DNA from: Dictyostelium discoideum
Lineage: Eukaryota
Reading direction: 5' to 3'
NCBI GenBank assembly: GCA_000004695.1
Contig: CM000151.3
Span: forward strand, 8,224,001-8,288,000
Length of the DNA: 64,000 nucleotides
Both the position numbers and the translations under genes were made by a program. This document shows positions 63,097-64,000 of this stretch, piece after piece. Each line of letters opens with the position of its first letter. Position 1 is the first letter of the stretch. The notes beneath the pieces were generated by a model. The model had not been told where the DNA came from and searched no databases. It worked only from the letters and a program-made list of their open reading frames with translations.

Positions 63097-64000
63097 GAAA
63101 TTCATTAAAATCATCATCACAACATAAATTATTAGTTGATGAAGAGAAAGAAGATTTAATATCAGCATCAGTTCATCAAAAAGATCCATATGATTTATCA
63201 ACTTCATCAACTTTAACAAATCATAGTAGTACAAATACATTGGTTAGTAGTGGTGTTCAAACAACATCTTCAAGTAGTACAAGTAGTATTGATAATTTAT
63301 TAGATGCAACAACTACAACAACTACAACCACTTCGACAACCAATAATATATCATCACAATCAAAAAATACAGGATCACATTCATATCCACATACACATAC
63401 AAGACAAATGTCAACTGAAAAAGTTGGACCACAATTTAAAACACCAATTACATCAATTCCACATCATATGAGAATGGAAGGTTTTCAAAGAGTAAAGCAT
63501 AACTCTACATCTTCATTGTATATAAAAAGTACATTATCAACACCTGATAATGATGAAATTTTAAGATGTATGGCAAATGCATTATTGTATCATATTGAAA
63601 GAGGTTCACAATTCCCTCAAAAAACTGTTGAAATTTTTAGTGAAGAAAAATATCCAATTACTGTAAGTTTATTAATTATTATTATTATTATTAATTAAAA
63701 ATATTAATTAATTATTATTAAATATTAATTTTCTTTATTTTTTTTTTTTTTTTTTTTAATAATAGAAAAATAAAATTGATTTAAAATCAAATCCAACAGT
63801 TGAAACTATTTATAAATTTATTAGAGATATTTTTAAAGCCGAGAAATTAGATAGTGAATGTGCAATTATGTGTTTAGCTTATATTGAAAGAATAATAACG
63901 TATACTGGTATTACATTAAGTTCAATTAATTGGAGAAGGATAGTTTTATCAGCATTAATTTTGGCATCAAAAGTTTGGGAAGATCAAAGTGTTTGGAATG
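62817..64000 (+). CDS. Cyclin-Y-like protein (N-myristoylation/palmitoylation motif MGNCCSS, poly-His tract, cyclin box), 5' partial within window: exon 62817..63662, intron 63663..63765, exon 63766..>64000
   Basis: Exon 2 'ETIYKFIRDIFKAEKLDSECAIMCLAYIERIITYTGITLSSINWRRIVLSALILASKVWEDQSVWN' parallels human CCNY '[66 protein letters not shown]'. Exon 1 ends 'EKYPIT' at 'act|gtaagt'. The acceptor is 'taataatag'. The N-terminus 'MGNCCSSSKR' resembles the lipidated N-terminus of cyclin Y. An 11-residue poly-His run follows 'GGGHHHHHH...'. The gene continues beyond position 64000. Confidence 0.75.

Noticed and set aside
1-64000. Prokaryotic or organellar origin
   Set aside because: Spliceosomal GT...AG introns were demonstrated in several conserved genes (vps39, rpl7a, pth2, cyclin Y, aspartic protease). 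Other eukaryotic signatures are the poly-N/Q proteins, cyclin and the HOPS subunit. All indicate a nuclear eukaryotic (dictyostelid) chromosome.

Overview
Strongly AT-rich (~20-25% GC) eukaryotic genomic DNA, consistent with a dictyostelid social amoeba and most likely Dictyostelium. It carries poly-Asn/Gln coding microsatellites, short AT-rich GT...AG introns and very long homopolymer A/T intergenic tracts. The dominant feature is a head-to-tail tandem array spanning positions ~150-37300 on the + strand. The array holds six apparently intact genes and three degenerate copies of one large lineage-specific gene family. The intact genes are continuous ORFs of 1242-1414 aa. All share the N-terminus 'M(T)E(K/I)(T)[20 protein letters not shown](I/V)HNN' and the near-invariant C-terminus '[36 protein letters not shown]'. 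I do not recognise any known domain in this family. The two most recent copies (23429-27616 and 28136-32299) are near-identical, and their flanking spacers are also shared, indicating a young segmental duplication. The paralogs differ mainly by expansion and contraction of low-complexity coding tracts (poly-N, D/E-rich acidic, S/G-rich, T-rich). Two degenerate copies carry inversion and palindrome rearrangement scars. Downstream (38-64 kb) is an ordinary gene-dense region with recognisable genes. These are a Stealth-family (GlcNAc-1-phosphotransferase-like) protein, a Vps39/Vam6 HOPS subunit with one intron, a DUF202-like membrane protein, a pepsin-type aspartic protease, an IPT/TIG-repeat transmembrane glycoprotein, ribosomal protein L7a (eL8) with an ATG-only first exon and an unusually long second intron, peptidyl-tRNA hydrolase 2, and a cyclin-Y homolog that runs off the window end. 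G-box/CA-rich promoter-like elements sit in the otherwise AT-only intergenic DNA. No rRNA, tRNA, CRISPR or transposon coding capacity was found. Coordinates of splice sites were derived by hand and may be off by 1-2 nt.
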